From contig JAMDHS010000121.1 of the NCBI GenBank assembly GCA_029717555.1, positions 1 to 51,354 on the forward strand: a stretch of DNA of 51,354 nucleotides. Reading direction: 5' to 3'. The translations under genes and the position numbers were made by a program. Source of the stretch: Peribolospora baueri. Lineage: Eukaryota. This document shows, piece by piece, positions 1 through 12,391 of this stretch. A model generated the notes under the pieces. It saw nothing but the letters and a program-made list of their open reading frames with translations. It was not told the origin of the DNA and did not search any database. Every line of letters begins with the position of its first letter. Within the stretch, counting starts at the first letter, position 1.

Positions 1-2
1 AG

Positions 3-40
<38 letters not shown>
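3..40 (+). repeat. Poly(A) tract (38 A) inside the MSE1 intron
   Basis: Seen directly; lies upstream of the acceptor AG at 74-75. Confidence 0.9.
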
Positions 41-42
<2 letters not shown>

Positions 43-75
43 AGCTCAAGCTCTAGCCCTTCTGGTTTGTAACAG

Positions 76-620
76 GACCGAGCCCACAACATCCACGAGC
101 TCGTCCGGATGGGCAACTTTTTCTTCGTGGAGCCGGACCTGCAAAGCGAGGAAGCCTTGCAGTGGAGAGCTGCATTCGATGATGCTTTGTACGGTGAGAT
201 GGTGCATCTCTAGCTGCCAATCCTGGTAGTGTTTGACCACGTACTGATGTATCCCGTCCCGGCGTTCAACAGACGACGTAATAAGCGCTAGCATGGAGGA
301 GTTGAGAGGCGTCACTGGAACCGGTCTGGACGAGGCTACTGTTGCTTCGGCTCTCAGAGAACTGGCAAAGAGCAGGCAGTGGCCGACCAAGAAGATGATG
401 TCATACCTCCGCTATGCTATCACGGGGCAAAAGGTGAGCTGGTGTAAGTAACCATCACCACAGCTAACCGATGGACGACCGATGTGTTTTTTTTTTTTTT
501 TTTGGAATTGCACAGGCTGGTCCTGGAATGGCCGCAATTATTGCCATTCTGGGTCAGGAGACGACCTTGATGCGGTTAAACGCAGCCTATCGACCGCAAC
601 CGTATTCTGTAGATACATAG
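76..620 (+). CDS. MSE1: Mitochondrial glutamyl-tRNA synthetase, C-terminal anticodon-binding domain (5'-partial; exons 76-193, 273-433, 516-620)
   Basis: Not in the ORF track. Manual splicing across GT-AG introns 194-272 and 434-515 gives DRAHNIHELVRMGNFFFVEPDL...KMMSYLRYAITGQKAGPGMAAIIAILGQETTLMRL...DT*, matching the LRxAxTG..GP...LG.E..L.RL signature of bacterial-type GluRS. Confidence 0.85.
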
Positions 621-1328
621 GTAGTAAAGTAGCGATTCCTTGAAACGTATCGATGGAGACTTAGCCCGCGAGTTATCGTCGAGAATCAAAAGGCCAACTC
701 TCAAGGCCGAATTTTTCCGTTTCTAAAATGAATCCAAAAAGACAAATTCCTCGTAAAATGTAGTGCTCTGGTCAATGTGTCTCGTCGTCAAGTGCAACAA
801 AGGGGGTTGTCGATCACACCGATCGGTCAGACACCCTTCGCGTCAGCCAAATTGAACTTCTTTAAAATCCCAAGGAGACCACGCGGGGCGTATTTTTTTT
901 GGTCGCCTGAGAAATATCTTGTCCGCAACCATCGCTAGGGTACCTATGAATGATGGATGGATATCTCAGATTATCTATTGGACTGTTTTAAAAAAAACTT
1001 CACCAGCAAAACAGTTGATTTCACCTACATATTTTGGTCAGTGATTCTCGGCCAAGATGAAAAAAACATTTACATAATACCAATGAATTCGAGGAGAAAA
1101 TTGTGGTACACCGCAATTGAGCTGCCAGACCGGAATGAATGAATCTGACACGTCAAGGATTATCGGCATCTTAGTACAAGAACGAAAAAGAAATTTGTTC
1201 TCGAACTGAGTCTAGCAGCCTGCTCAAGTGAATCTGTTTGCAACTACATCCTTGCTCTGAGTTGGGGCTTGACAAAAAGACGAAATGCTTTGAGACTTGA
1301 TGGACTGTCATGCATGTGAGCCAATCCT

Positions 1329-1519
1329 TCCGTAGGACCAAAGGAATCAACGCGCACGATAATGATGCTATGTACCACCGAAGCAGGTAGATGTCCGCAT
1401 AGCATTGAGTCACGGCCAGAGAACCATCCGTACGACCAAGGAATCAACGCGTACGATGATGATGCTATGTACTACCGAAGCAGATGTCCGCGGAGCATTG
1501 AGGCATGGTCAAAGAATCC
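1329..1519. repeat. Degenerate ~98-bp tandem duplication (2 copies)
   Basis: Copies start at 1329 and 1427 and share CCGTA.GACCAA(A)GGAATCAACGCG.ACGAT.ATGATGCTATGTAC.ACCGAAGCAG...ATGTCCGC..AGCATTGAG. Confidence 0.9.
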
Positions 1520-1693
1520 GCCGAGCAATTGTGCAACGCATACATGAAGAGACTCCAGAGGTATGGTAGCATGCGTGTAAGTTGTCTCTGGGCCGTGCCT
1601 CAATGCTATCATCTGTTTGGAAACAACACTACTGTGAGGGATGAACGAATGACTCTTGTGTGGAGGAAAGACAGGTTGGATGTTCAGAGTTGC

Positions 1694-4600
1694 TCAAGGC
1701 TTATATGCACTCTGAACGCTGCCGTAACCTTGCTTGCACTCGCTACCGATGGGAGCAGAGCCGGAGCGCATGTAGCAAATCTGAGAACATGCCACGGATA
1801 TGAAAGACATTTAGTTGTTTTAGAAGCTGGAAGAAGGCGAGAGTTGCCCGGCGTTGCCTGGCGGGGACTCGCCTTTGCTTTCACGCATTCATCCGTTTGG
1901 CAGGGTGGAGCCTTGATACTGAGTTTGCCTTCGTATTCGGTGAACGTCTGTACAAGACTGGGGCTGAGTGAGGGAACAAAGGGGTATCCCAGAGTATGGG
2001 GGCATGAGTAGGGATAAAGCAATAGAAGAATAGTGGCGGCAGGCCGGGCACAAAGACACTCACTTCTGCTCCATCTCCTCCGTAACCAAGTGCCAGAAGG
2101 TCGCGTTGAGCGGAGCGTCGATGGGCCAGGTATTCGTACCATTGTTGAATTTGCCGTACGCGTCCCTGCTCGAGTACTCGAACTCGAACACCGGTCCATG
2201 CGACGATGGCGTCAACGAGTCGTATTGGGACAGGTTGGAGTAGTCTGCGCGAGGCGAAATGGCCGATAAGCGAGGGGTCGAAAGACGAAGACGAAGGGGA
2301 AAAGCAATCCTATCGAGCCAGATCTTACTGACAGTGATAGGCGTCCATGATATCAAAAGTGGTGGGGTCCACCTCGTAAAGACGGAAGCCAGGGTTCTAC
2401 GATGGAGAGGGCCGTTCAAAAGCGCGATGAGAGATTGTGTTCAGGCCCCCGCTCTTTGTCCTTGCAGACCAATCCCCCTGTCTCACCAAGTTGGATCCAG
2501 GAGTAATGGAGGGGCCAACCCATGCTACGTTCTGAGCAGTCTCCTTTGTCTGGTTAGTAGCGTTGTTGGCATAGAAGATCTGGAAAGAAAGGGAGTGCTA
2601 GCACATCAGGACAAGTGTGGTGCAGAAAGACGATCCAGGAACATTCACCGTCCCTCACATTGAAAAAGTCCTCGTGCGTATGCCCGTAGAAGATGTTGGC
2701 GATTGTGTCAGAGTACCTGTCAACGATCTGATAGTATAGATCAGTCGGGTTGAAGAGCGGGTTGGAACCGTCCCATCCAGTCAGGACTGAAAGTAAAGGG
2801 AAAAGAGTCAAAAGTGTGAGGATGACGGACGATGGGAGAGGTAGTGAGGCTATGGCGGTACCCGTTGTAGAGAACTGACCGTGAGAGATAATCCAGACTT
2901 TAAGGCCTCTATCCTCCGCGTCTTGCAGCTCATCGGTCAGGAACCGTAACTGCCCGCTGACGTCTGGGTTTGACGTGTTAATGTAGTTGAAATAGTTGCT
3001 TCGATACCTGCAGACCGGTCGGGTCACCACAAAACGGGTGTGATTGTGATGAGCGAGATGGGCACCGGGTTGTCTGACGGACATCGATGATCGAGAATGG
3101 GTCCGAAATCGCACCAGAAGTCCCCGTTGAGAGCGATCGTCTTGAGCTTGCCCTTGCCTCGCCATTTGTTGTTGACCACTGCGTAACCGCCGTAGTGAGT
3201 CCTGGCTTCGTTGGCGGTTTTGCCATCAATCCATCCAAGGCCCTCCCAAAGCTTGGCGACCGTGTCGTACTCCCATGAGAAATTAGGATCTACATCAGCA
3301 CGAGCTTCAATCTTGGTGGGATCGTGCGAGGCGCGGCGGTAATGGGTGTGTGCTGGATTGTAGTCGCGAGTGGAATAGGAAGGGGTGCGAGGATTGGAGA
3401 GAGGAAGCGAGTGTGGAGCATTCTGGTCCGAGGGCGCGGAATCGTGATTGCCTGCGAAAACAGCGGAGCATTTAAGCTAAATCTCGGGGGGGAAGTAAAG
3501 TGTCGTATCGAGGTAGAGCCACGTACCCAGAGCGACCCAGACTGGAATCCCTTCACCAAGATATTGTCGGAGTAAAGTGTAGATCGCCGTTTCAGAGTAC
3601 TCGACGAGATCCCTAGAGATATGGTTATCGGCGTCATGGGTGGTGATATCGCCGGTTAGGACCACGGCGTCCAATTTGCTGTTGCCCACCTCCCCGCCGA
3701 GAAGAACAGGAATGGCCTGAAGGGCAGAGAGGACGAGCGAGTAGGGGGAATCGCATTTGAACTCGCCGAAACGACCGGCCGGCACACTGATGTTGCCGTG
3801 TAGAACCGGTGGCGAGCTGTTAGAGGCGGCCGAGGACACAGCGAGCTCGGAGATGGTCGGGGGCCCGGATGCGAACTGAGGGTTAAATGCGTCGAGACGG
3901 CAGCCCTGGGAGGAGCTGCCATTGGATTCGCTTCCGATGAGGTAGCGCGCATCCACGTGGAAGTCGGAAAGGTGAAGGACGCGGAGGCGATCCGACTTGA
4001 ATGCACGAGACCGAGGCGGAGAGGCGACCGAAGCGTTCCGGGAAGGCTTTGGCTGAGGGAACCACGAGTGAAGGAACTCCTTGCTCCACTGGGTCGTGGA
4101 GGGAAGAGGGCAGGCCTTGCTGAATTGTAGGCTACAGATGTACTGAGCGTCAAGAGAGGGAGCGGAGGCGTTCGAGTAGGCCAGGTCGGCAAAAGCCAGA
4201 ACCTGTGTGACTATGGAGCCCATGACGGATGGCGTATAGGTTGTGTTGCAACTGGCCTCGCTCTGTACCAATGGGGAGAAACGACATGGGTCTGTGAGTG
4301 CCATCGATCATCGTTCGTTGCATCCTCCCAAAGCCAAAGGACGCTCACCGCGTACTTGTACTTGACACACAGCTGCCTCAGAGCCTCGGGCACGGCTTGA
4401 GGCCGGATGCGAGCGACGGTCTGGGCGAGCTCTAGGGCGGCGGCGCACTTGTCGCAGCTCGGCCGAGTCCCATTGACGATGGCGGAGGCGTTCTGTACGG
4501 CTTGACGAGTGATCTCGTCTGTGGACAGGTGGCTCTGAATCGTCGCCGGCGGATAAACGACCTCGTCGGCCGGGGGCAAGTTAGGGAGGGTATAGGGGTC

Positions 4601-4894
4601 TGTCAAGTTGAGCGGGAACACGCCGATGCCGTCAGGGCGAGGGATGATGGGCTGGGGGAGGGTCGACGGCGAGGCGGGATCATTATAATAGGAGGAGAAG
4701 GCCTGGGTGGGGAATGCGTAAGGAGCAGTAAAGACGGAGGGGCCAGGGAGCGATGGCGAAGAAGGTGCTGGGGAAGACGACGACGAGCCTGGCGGGCTCG
4801 AGCGGGCGACCTGAACGGGCCATTCGGACGGAACCGCCCGGACGAGGGCCGGGGCGACCAAGCTGAGCGCAGCGACGAGGGCTGGGCACCTCAT
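1694..4894 (-). CDS. Secreted acid sphingomyelinase-like metallophosphoesterase (calcineurin-like), multi-exon
   Basis: Signal peptide MRCPALVAALSLVAPALVRA (ATG 4894), saposin-like Cys pattern (CDKC...LC...C), metal motifs HLSDFHVD, LTGDITTHD, GNHD, WIISH, GHTHED, and C-terminus KICYMRSGSAPIGSECKQGYGSVQSAYKP* (last exon 1780-1694). Confidence 0.9.
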
Positions 4895-5637
4895 AGCGAT
4901 CCGACAACGAAGGGGAAGTGTGCGACGGAAGTGTGGTGGAGACAGTGAGCGTGTTGCACGGGGGGGCGAGAAGGGAGACTGAGACGGTGACTGCATATAC
5001 TTTACTCTATATACACCTCCGTATCTATCTCGCCCGCCCCCTCACTTGACGCGGCGCCGAGCCGGGCCCTATTTCCTCCTCGTTGTGCCTGCCTGCGTTG
5101 CCTTGTTTCCTCTTCTTCCACGGCCTCCTCTCTTGCGCTCCAGCTTGAGTGAGCCCTTGCGCGGTCCTCCGCCAACTCAATAAATGCTCGCTTCCTGCCG
5201 CGCCTCGGCATACTGTCATCGTGAGCACGTGCACAAACTGTAGGCGTCAGATACCCAAGTTGCTCCAAGTACTTCCACACTTAGGACCACCCTGGGCGCC
5301 GCTTTTGTGTCCGCGCCGACGGGGACAAGCGAACGTGGACCGACGGTATAAGTTTGTATAAGGGACCTGTACAACTCGACTCGATCGACATTATTCTCGG
5401 AAGCCGCTGTTCGCTCGTGAGTGTTTTCGTGCAATGCTACTCGCACCGGGGTGACGACGAGTGATGGACGGTGGGGAGACAACAGAGACCTTCGATCATC
5501 GTTTGCTGTTAGGAGACATCCTCACAATCTCACCACAGTATCGCCCGTTTTCCCTCTTTCCTTCCCCGACGTTGGTCGGGGCGCTTCGGAAGGTCCACGC
5601 CCATATCTGGCCCCCACTTGCCGCCGCATCTTCCGAG
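4895..5637. promoter_or_regulatory. Bidirectional promoter of the phosphodiesterase and phytase genes, with CACGTG (5226-5231), CACGTT on minus (5332-5337) and TATA-like boxes (5007-5013 minus; 5347 and 5357 plus)
   Basis: Head-to-head ATGs at 4894 and 5638; motifs seen directly, function inferred. Confidence 0.5.
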
Positions 5638-7543
5638 ATGCCGTCCTGCGGAGCAGCAGCGCTTCATTTGCCCATCCTGCTCCTGCTAGCCGCACCGTCC
5701 TTCCAGCTCGGCCAGCACGCGTTCGTCGCAACCGACCAGCCGCAAGCAATCTGGTCCCATGCGGTCGCCCACAACCTCGGCCCTTACTCCCCGTGGTACT
5801 CGATCGCAATAGACGGACCGTACGGAGTGCCCGAAGGTTGCGCCGTCCAGGTCGTCAACCAGGTGAGTGGTCCTTTCTTTGCAGATGCGGAGGCAGACGT
5901 CGCGGAAATCCGCTCACACCGTCGATTGTACTGTCTCCGCCAGCTACAACGTCATGGAGCACGATGGCCCACCTCAGGTGCTCTAACTCGCACCAACGCC
6001 TCTGTTGCCAAGGCTCAGGCCGGCTTGGCTGCGTCTACTGGCTCGGACAATCTCCGCGCCTCTCGTCTGGCCTTTCTGAGCAACTTCAGCTTAGACGGAT
6101 ACGGGACTGGCGATATGGTGCCTTTTGGAGAGAAAGAGTGAGTCTTACAGGACCATAGAAGCGGGCCAATCTGACTTAGCTTGGCCCTCGCGTCCGCGTG
6201 TTCTTTTTGAAGATCACTCTCTTCTGGGCAGGCCTTCTTCCAACGTTATTCACAGCTCGGTGTGCCTTTCGTTCGTACCTCCGGCTCTCCGCGCGTCATC
6301 GCTTCTTCATCCTACTTCCTTCAAGGTTTCATAGGAGGCGCTTTTGCTCCCAAAAACTCCTCCGACAGTCAGGCCCTGCCCCTTCCGGACATCATCATTC
6401 CCGAGGACAATCACACAAACAACACACTCGACGTTAACACTTGTGATGCATTCAATGAACGGGGCAGCACCTTCCGCCAATCTCTAGCGGCGGACAATCC
6501 TAGTTTTGACGGAATTTCTGCTATTGACCGCACTTCATCTACAGAAGCGGACCTAGCCGTGGCGCAGTATGCTGAGAAAGCAATGGCTGGGATTTTGAAA
6601 CGATGGGCAAAAACATTGGGCAATGACACCGGACTGGATTGGATGGACGTGATGAACGTAAGCTTAAGCACCTTGGTCTCTGGTCCCTTGGCCTAGTAGA
6701 AACACCTTAACAGTCCTTTTCCTCCGACACAGCTCTTCGGCCTCTGCTCGTTTGATACACTTAAGGGCGTCGCCATTGAGGATGACACTTCCCTTATCAA
6801 AGCAAGCCCGGTGTGCGGCATGTTTGACCAGGATGAATTCCAGCTTTTTGAAGAGGCCATGAGTCTCGCGAAAGCGTACGGGTATGGGTAAGTGTCAGCG
6901 ATCATTGATATCTTAACACCCTGAGAGTCCTCACCTCCCCTCTCCCCCCAACTTGGCCCTCCTGTCATGGTGGCACATCCAATTTAGGACACATAGCCCC
7001 TTCCACTCCGCCCTGTCCATCGGTTACCTCCGGGAGCTTGTCGCCCGTCTCAAGTCAACTGCGCCCGTCCTCACTCCTCCCACTAGCCTCAATACGACGC
7101 TTGACTCCTTCCCGCAGACCTTTCCGCTCCCACCAGCGAGGAAATCTTTCGTCGACTTTTCTCACGACAACCAGATCGCGCCCATCGTGGCCGGATTGGG
7201 GCTGTTTGGAGGCTCAAACGGCTCTGTTGGCCGAAAACGTGGCGAGAGCGCGTGGGTTACCAGCCGCATTGTTCCTTTTGCTGGTAGACTTGTCGTCGAA
7301 AAGTTGCAGTGCTCGACGCCGGCCATCAACAGAGCAAGTCCCAATAACTTCTACGTTCGCGTCCTCGTGAACGATGCTGTGCAGCCGCTCGACGATCTCT
7401 GGTGTCCCTTTCGGTCAGAATTGCACCCCGGCTCCCCCTTCGCTCTCGCTGCTCCTCACCTCGGCCTTTGTCCCCTGAACGTCTTCCTGGCTGGACTGGA
7501 CTGGACAAGAGATGGGTCAGCCTGGAACTCTTGCTACGCGTAG
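5638..7543 (+). CDS. Secreted histidine acid phosphatase / 3-phytase, multi-exon
   Basis: Hydrophobic N-terminus, NLGPYSPW, catalytic RHGARWPT (RHGxRxP), DFSHDNQ (HD motif), IVPFAGRLVVEKLQC and YVRVLVNDAVQPL; GT-AG introns splice in frame. Confidence 0.92.
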
Positions 7544-7801
7544 ACCTGTTCGCCTACTCGAAGCAGGTCACACGTCATCACGGCCGGTACATGTACAATT
7601 TCAGGTTGGCTAGAATTTCCTACATCGGGCGAAGAAGTACACGTATCCGTAGGACTCATTCTGTCATTATACCCTTACAATCGAAAGCGTCAGACGACAT
7701 TGACATGAGGAAAGCGAACGGGGCCACTGTCACTCGAGCAAACCCGGAGACGTTAACATCGAAACATAAAGCACGAAGCGCAAGCGGTCCACGGGGTCAT
7801 A

Positions 7802-10318
7802 TCACCTTTCCGCACGCCTGGGTGGCTGTGCAGGTGGCCTCCTTATCACCCTGAGAAAGGTATCAAGCCCAGAAGAGAAACCCCATCCCGGCAGTCTCGG
7901 CGCCTCCCCAGTTCTCTGCCCTTCTTCCTGCTGCTCTCTTTGCCTTCGCAGTTCCGCCTGGAATTCTTCCGCCGTGCCGGCTTCCTCGGCATGACTATCG
8001 GGTCGGCCAACTGTCCAGGCACCCGGCGGGGATGCACTTTTACCTTCTCCAGGTGGCGCTTGGCTACTTCGCGTATCTGGTGTCGCCGCACCAGAGTCAT
8101 CGGCACTGTCGCCATCCTCGAGATCGACCACCAAAGCGCCCGAATGCCAGCCCCCAAAAGAGGCCGCAAACACGTACTTTCTCTTGCTTCGTTTTGTGTC
8201 AGCAAGGGTCTCAGAGCCGCGAAAAGCCAGGGCGACAGCCACATCGTCCTCAAATAGAACGGGTTTGGGGACCGGGTCATCCTCAGGAGGGGGAGGAGGA
8301 GAAGGATCCGGTACGGGGAGTATCGAGGGCCAGCCTCGTACCGGGGGCAAGAAACCCAGTCGAGGGCCCAGGAAAGGCGGGGGAACGGTGGGTCGATTTG
8401 CAGGACCTGGTTCAGTCGCCACTACGTTGGTATGCTGCGACACTCCACGCCCCAAAGCACCTGCTGAAAACGCGCCCCAAGTGAGAAGCTCTCCAGAATC
8501 CAGTAGGGCGCCGTGGTGATAGTCTGATCCGGAGATGAATTCGAACGTCAATGGCTGTACGAGAAAGGGAAAAGGTCGCTTCGTCTCACCTCCCATGGTG
8601 ATTTTAATCACGCCTCTTTCCTGCAGCTCTGGCTTGACAATGGGCGAATCCTCTGCACGGGTGCCGCTTGTTCCCATCAGGACGACACCACCACTAGCCG
8701 AAACAGCCTCCTGTCCCATGTCCGACGTGGAAGTTTTGTGAGGGACAGAGTATGCGAAGAAGGTCTGGAAATGGGCAGTGATGTGCGTGATGTGCATGTC
8801 CTTGACCGACTTGAGTAAGGGCGCAGGTCCTCTCTTGGGGACAAGATCACTGCTCTCAACTCCCTCCATCGAAATGCGGCCTCCAACGCCTCCGATCAAT
8901 GACTGAAACGCAGGCAATTTTGCCACTCTCTCCGGCTCGCTAAAAGCCGCCAGATACTCCCACTGTCTCGACCCGTTCATAAGCGCCGTCTCGATTTCAT
9001 CCCTCTCCGCCCGTCTGCGTTGCGCCTCTGTCCAACCCATCTGAGCGGCATGGCGTCGCCGTTCGAAGTGGCCAGAAGGAGGCTGCACGTCGATCTTGAA
9101 CACTTGTCCCGCGTCTGTGAGGGCGATGATGAAATTGTCACCAGCGGCGATGCGACTGATGCGGTCGGCGGCAGTCGCAGGACGGGGATTTCCGAGCGAA
9201 TCGGAAAGAGGCAGTGGAGGGAGCTCAACCGGATGGACAGACATAGCAGGGTAGAAAGAGCTTGGCGCAGAGTCTTGCTCCTCGAGACCGTCGTGGCCTG
9301 GCCCCCACCAGACGAAAATGCTCCCAAGTTCAGACGCAATCGAAACGGCGTTGGTCGAGGAAGTGACCTCCGTAGTGCCTATCAAGGCCGCACTGCACCC
9401 CCAACCGGCCTCAATCTGCCGAATGACCGTTCGGTGGTAGCCTTGACCCAAATTCCATCGCTCGTCGACGACCTGGAAGGGAGCCTCCCAGTCCCACCAC
9501 TCAAAGATTTGACCAGATTCTGTGAGGGCCAAAGCGTGTTTTCGCCCGGACGAGAGAGACAGGACGCGTTGAGGGAGAGGCAGACGACGGGGATCCATGC
9601 CATAGGAGCTGACCTCCCCGTCGAGGACACCCCAGTAGAAAACTTCGCCACGTGTGGTGAGAGCGTGAAACGACCTGGACGAAAGTAAGGACTCAACCAA
9701 GAAGTAAACGCGAGCCATGCACTAAAGCTGAGAAAATCTTGAAATGCTCACCAACCGCCCGCGACAAGGTCGACCAGAGGCTGTCCGACGTCAAGCTGTA
9801 CTGGAGCAACGAGGCCACCGTAGAACAGAGCGCTCTTCGACTTCATGAGATGATGGTCGGAAGGGAAGCCGAGGCGACCATGGGAAGCCTGCCTGAGAGA
9901 AAAGAACGGGAATGGACGCTGTTGAAAACGGCCACTGAACGCGTTTGGCACACGGGCACTAAACATCCGCTCACCCCCACACGTAAAGCTTGGGACAATG
10001 AAGACGCTTGTACAAGAGTCGATATCCATCCACGCGGGCAGTCGCGTGAAGGGGAAAATTGAAGTCCTCTACAATTCGGACGGGTCGTCATTGAGCGATA
10101 GGCCGTTGCGGTGGACATTGCGACAAATGGAACGAACGATGTAGAATGAGGATGGACTCACGAGCTATCCTCCTCTTCCAAAACACCTCATCATCAACGG
10201 CAGCCTTGGTCTCCTTGGAAGTGGCTCGCAGGGCGCAAAGCGAACGCACGTCGAGCAAGGGGAGGACGCTGTCGAGGAGGAGATCAGGGGGCAGCGAGGT
10301 AATAAGGTTGGGGGACAT
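7802..10318 (-). CDS. F-box plus RCC1/BLIP-II repeat protein (SCF-associated factor Saf1-like)
   Basis: N-terminal F-box LITSLPPDLLLDSVLPLLDVRSLCALRATSK, LYVWGQASHGRLG, and RCC1 repeats (VAGGWSFHAL, SGRKHALAL, AAGDNFIIAL, GDYHHGALLDSGELLTWG, FGGWHSGAL). Confidence 0.85.
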
Positions 10319-10596
10319 GGCGACCTGGCGTCACGAGATGCTTCACTGTCAGTCAGTATATCCGTCGCGCTACCTGGTAAATCAAGCGGACGCGGAGAGG
10401 AGAGAGCGTCGACTCGGCTGACAGGAGAAGGAAGACCAGGCGACGATGGGGACGTGGAGATCGCCGTCGTTGATGTCGTGAGGCATCGGGTGATCGGGAT
10501 CCCCACGTGGCCGAGCCGAGCCGAACGGACGCGCCAGTTGCCAGAAGATCGCCTGACCAGACAACGGCCGAACAAACCACCACCAATAGTGACACC

Positions 10597-12278
10597 ATGC
10601 TGCCCCGGATAGTCAGCTCTTTTGACGCGCCCATACGCTTTGCCATGGCGTATGGTAGCGGCGCATTCAAGCAGGCCGGTCGAGAGGGAGTGAGTCGGGT
10701 AGGAGCGGGGTGGAGAGCTCGTTCCCGCGGCCTAGCTGGACATTAGTACCATGTCGTGTGCTCACGCCTTAACTCCCTTGGTCCCGTCTTTCTTCTCGCT
10801 TCCGCCCCTCCGCAGGGCCCCAAACCAATGCTGGATCTTCTTTTTGGCGTTACGCACCCCTCCCACTTTCACTCCATCAACCTCCGCCAGAATCCTCACC
10901 ACTACCCCCTTCACGCCCGCCTACTCGGCTCTAACCTGGCCGCATACGTCCAGACCGGTTTCTGGCCAGATGCCGGAGAGGCGAGCGCTCTCACAGCGGA
11001 AGAGGAGGCGAAAGCTGATTATAAACCCAAGCTGGGACTGAACAGCGGGCGGACGTGGGCGGGCGCGGGTGTCTGGTACAATCCTTACGTGGAGATCGAG
11101 GGCGTAGTGAGTTGCATCTTGGCGGCGAGCGACTTCCAACCAAGGCAACACAGTCAGAGCTCTTTCTGACCTCGTGCTCGCGATATCCTCTTTATGCCTT
11201 TCTTGCAGGAATTAAAGTATGGCGTCATCTCGATCGACTCATTATGTCGTGACCTCGTCGATTGGGAGACGCTGTACATCAGCGGGCGAATGCATAAGCC
11301 GGTGGGTAGGACTGACTGGAAAGCCGACGACGTAGGCCATGACGCACGCCCTATCCAGTCATCGAGACAAGAAACTCCTCGTGGTCACTTGTACTATCAC
11401 CTCGTGTTCCAGCTCTGACTAACTCCACCACGACCTCTATTCGTTTACCTCCTTCCATCCGCATTCACGCCGCAGGTCGAAATCGTTCGTCCAGACCCGC
11501 GCGTCCGCTTGGCCTCCCACGTCAATCTCCTATCTGCCCTGCGCTTCGCCCTCCTCATCCTACCCCGGCGATTTACGGAGCGCGAACTTTATATGAGCGT
11601 TGCCTCCATATCCTACTCTGGAGACTTCCGGATGAACATCCCCGGTGGCGAAGACCCCGGTAAGGTCGCTAATATCGTCGACGGTCAGATGGAGGAGTTC
11701 AGCCGCATCTATAGGCGGCTCATGAATATCTTGGGAGGAGTGAAGTGGTCGAACGAATGGAGGGACGGGGAGAGGCTCCTTGAGGTGCGTCGGCGGAAAC
11801 AGAATTGCTCAACTGACCGTCGTTTCTCACCATCTTTTTTTTTTCATTCGCATACTATCCCTATTGCACCGCCGGCAACAACGGAATTACATTGCCCGCT
11901 GTCGAACAATCATCTCCGTACGAGCAGCAAGACACTTCGACGCGACGGGTGGCCTCGCTGTGTCTCAAACTCCCTCTCCACATTCGCCATCTCCTCACCG
12001 TGCAGATGCGCAATCTTCTTTCAAAGTCTGCACCCAATAATACGCTAACAATCGACCCCCTGCAATTCTGGTCCACCGCCGCCGCGCACCCAGAATTTAA
12101 GCGCGTGCTAAGAGAGGAGGCGGCGGCAATCGTCAAAGCGCCGGCGTGGGGACAAAGTTTGAAGGGTGTGTACACGGCGGGCGTGGCTAAGAGCTTGAGG
12201 TATGCTGGCGCCAAGGTTAGCAAGTGGAGAGCTGGGAGGAGCAGGCAGCAGAGCTTGGAGGAGAAGGGCGACCGATGA
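10597..12278 (+). CDS. TAM41: Mitochondrial phosphatidate cytidylyltransferase Tam41/Mmp37
   Basis: [70 protein letters not shown], and [17 protein letters not shown]. Confidence 0.93.
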
Positions 12279-12391
12279 CCAAGGTGGCAAAAGGGACAAA
12301 GCAAGAGGACGGCGGGCTCGCGTGTTGATAGACTTTGCAACTGGTGGATACGAATGACCACGAGCTCTCGCCCCCAGTCGTGACACCCACG

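Noticed and set aside
46..390. 114-aa minus-strand ORF
   Set aside because: Antisense shadow of the spliced plus-strand MSE1 exons.
656..1266. Possible inverted repeats flanking the AT-rich island (AGACTTAG...TCGAGAA vs TTCTCGAACTGAGTCT; CCAACTC vs GAGTTGG)
   Set aside because: Matches are short and gapped, with no target-site duplication.
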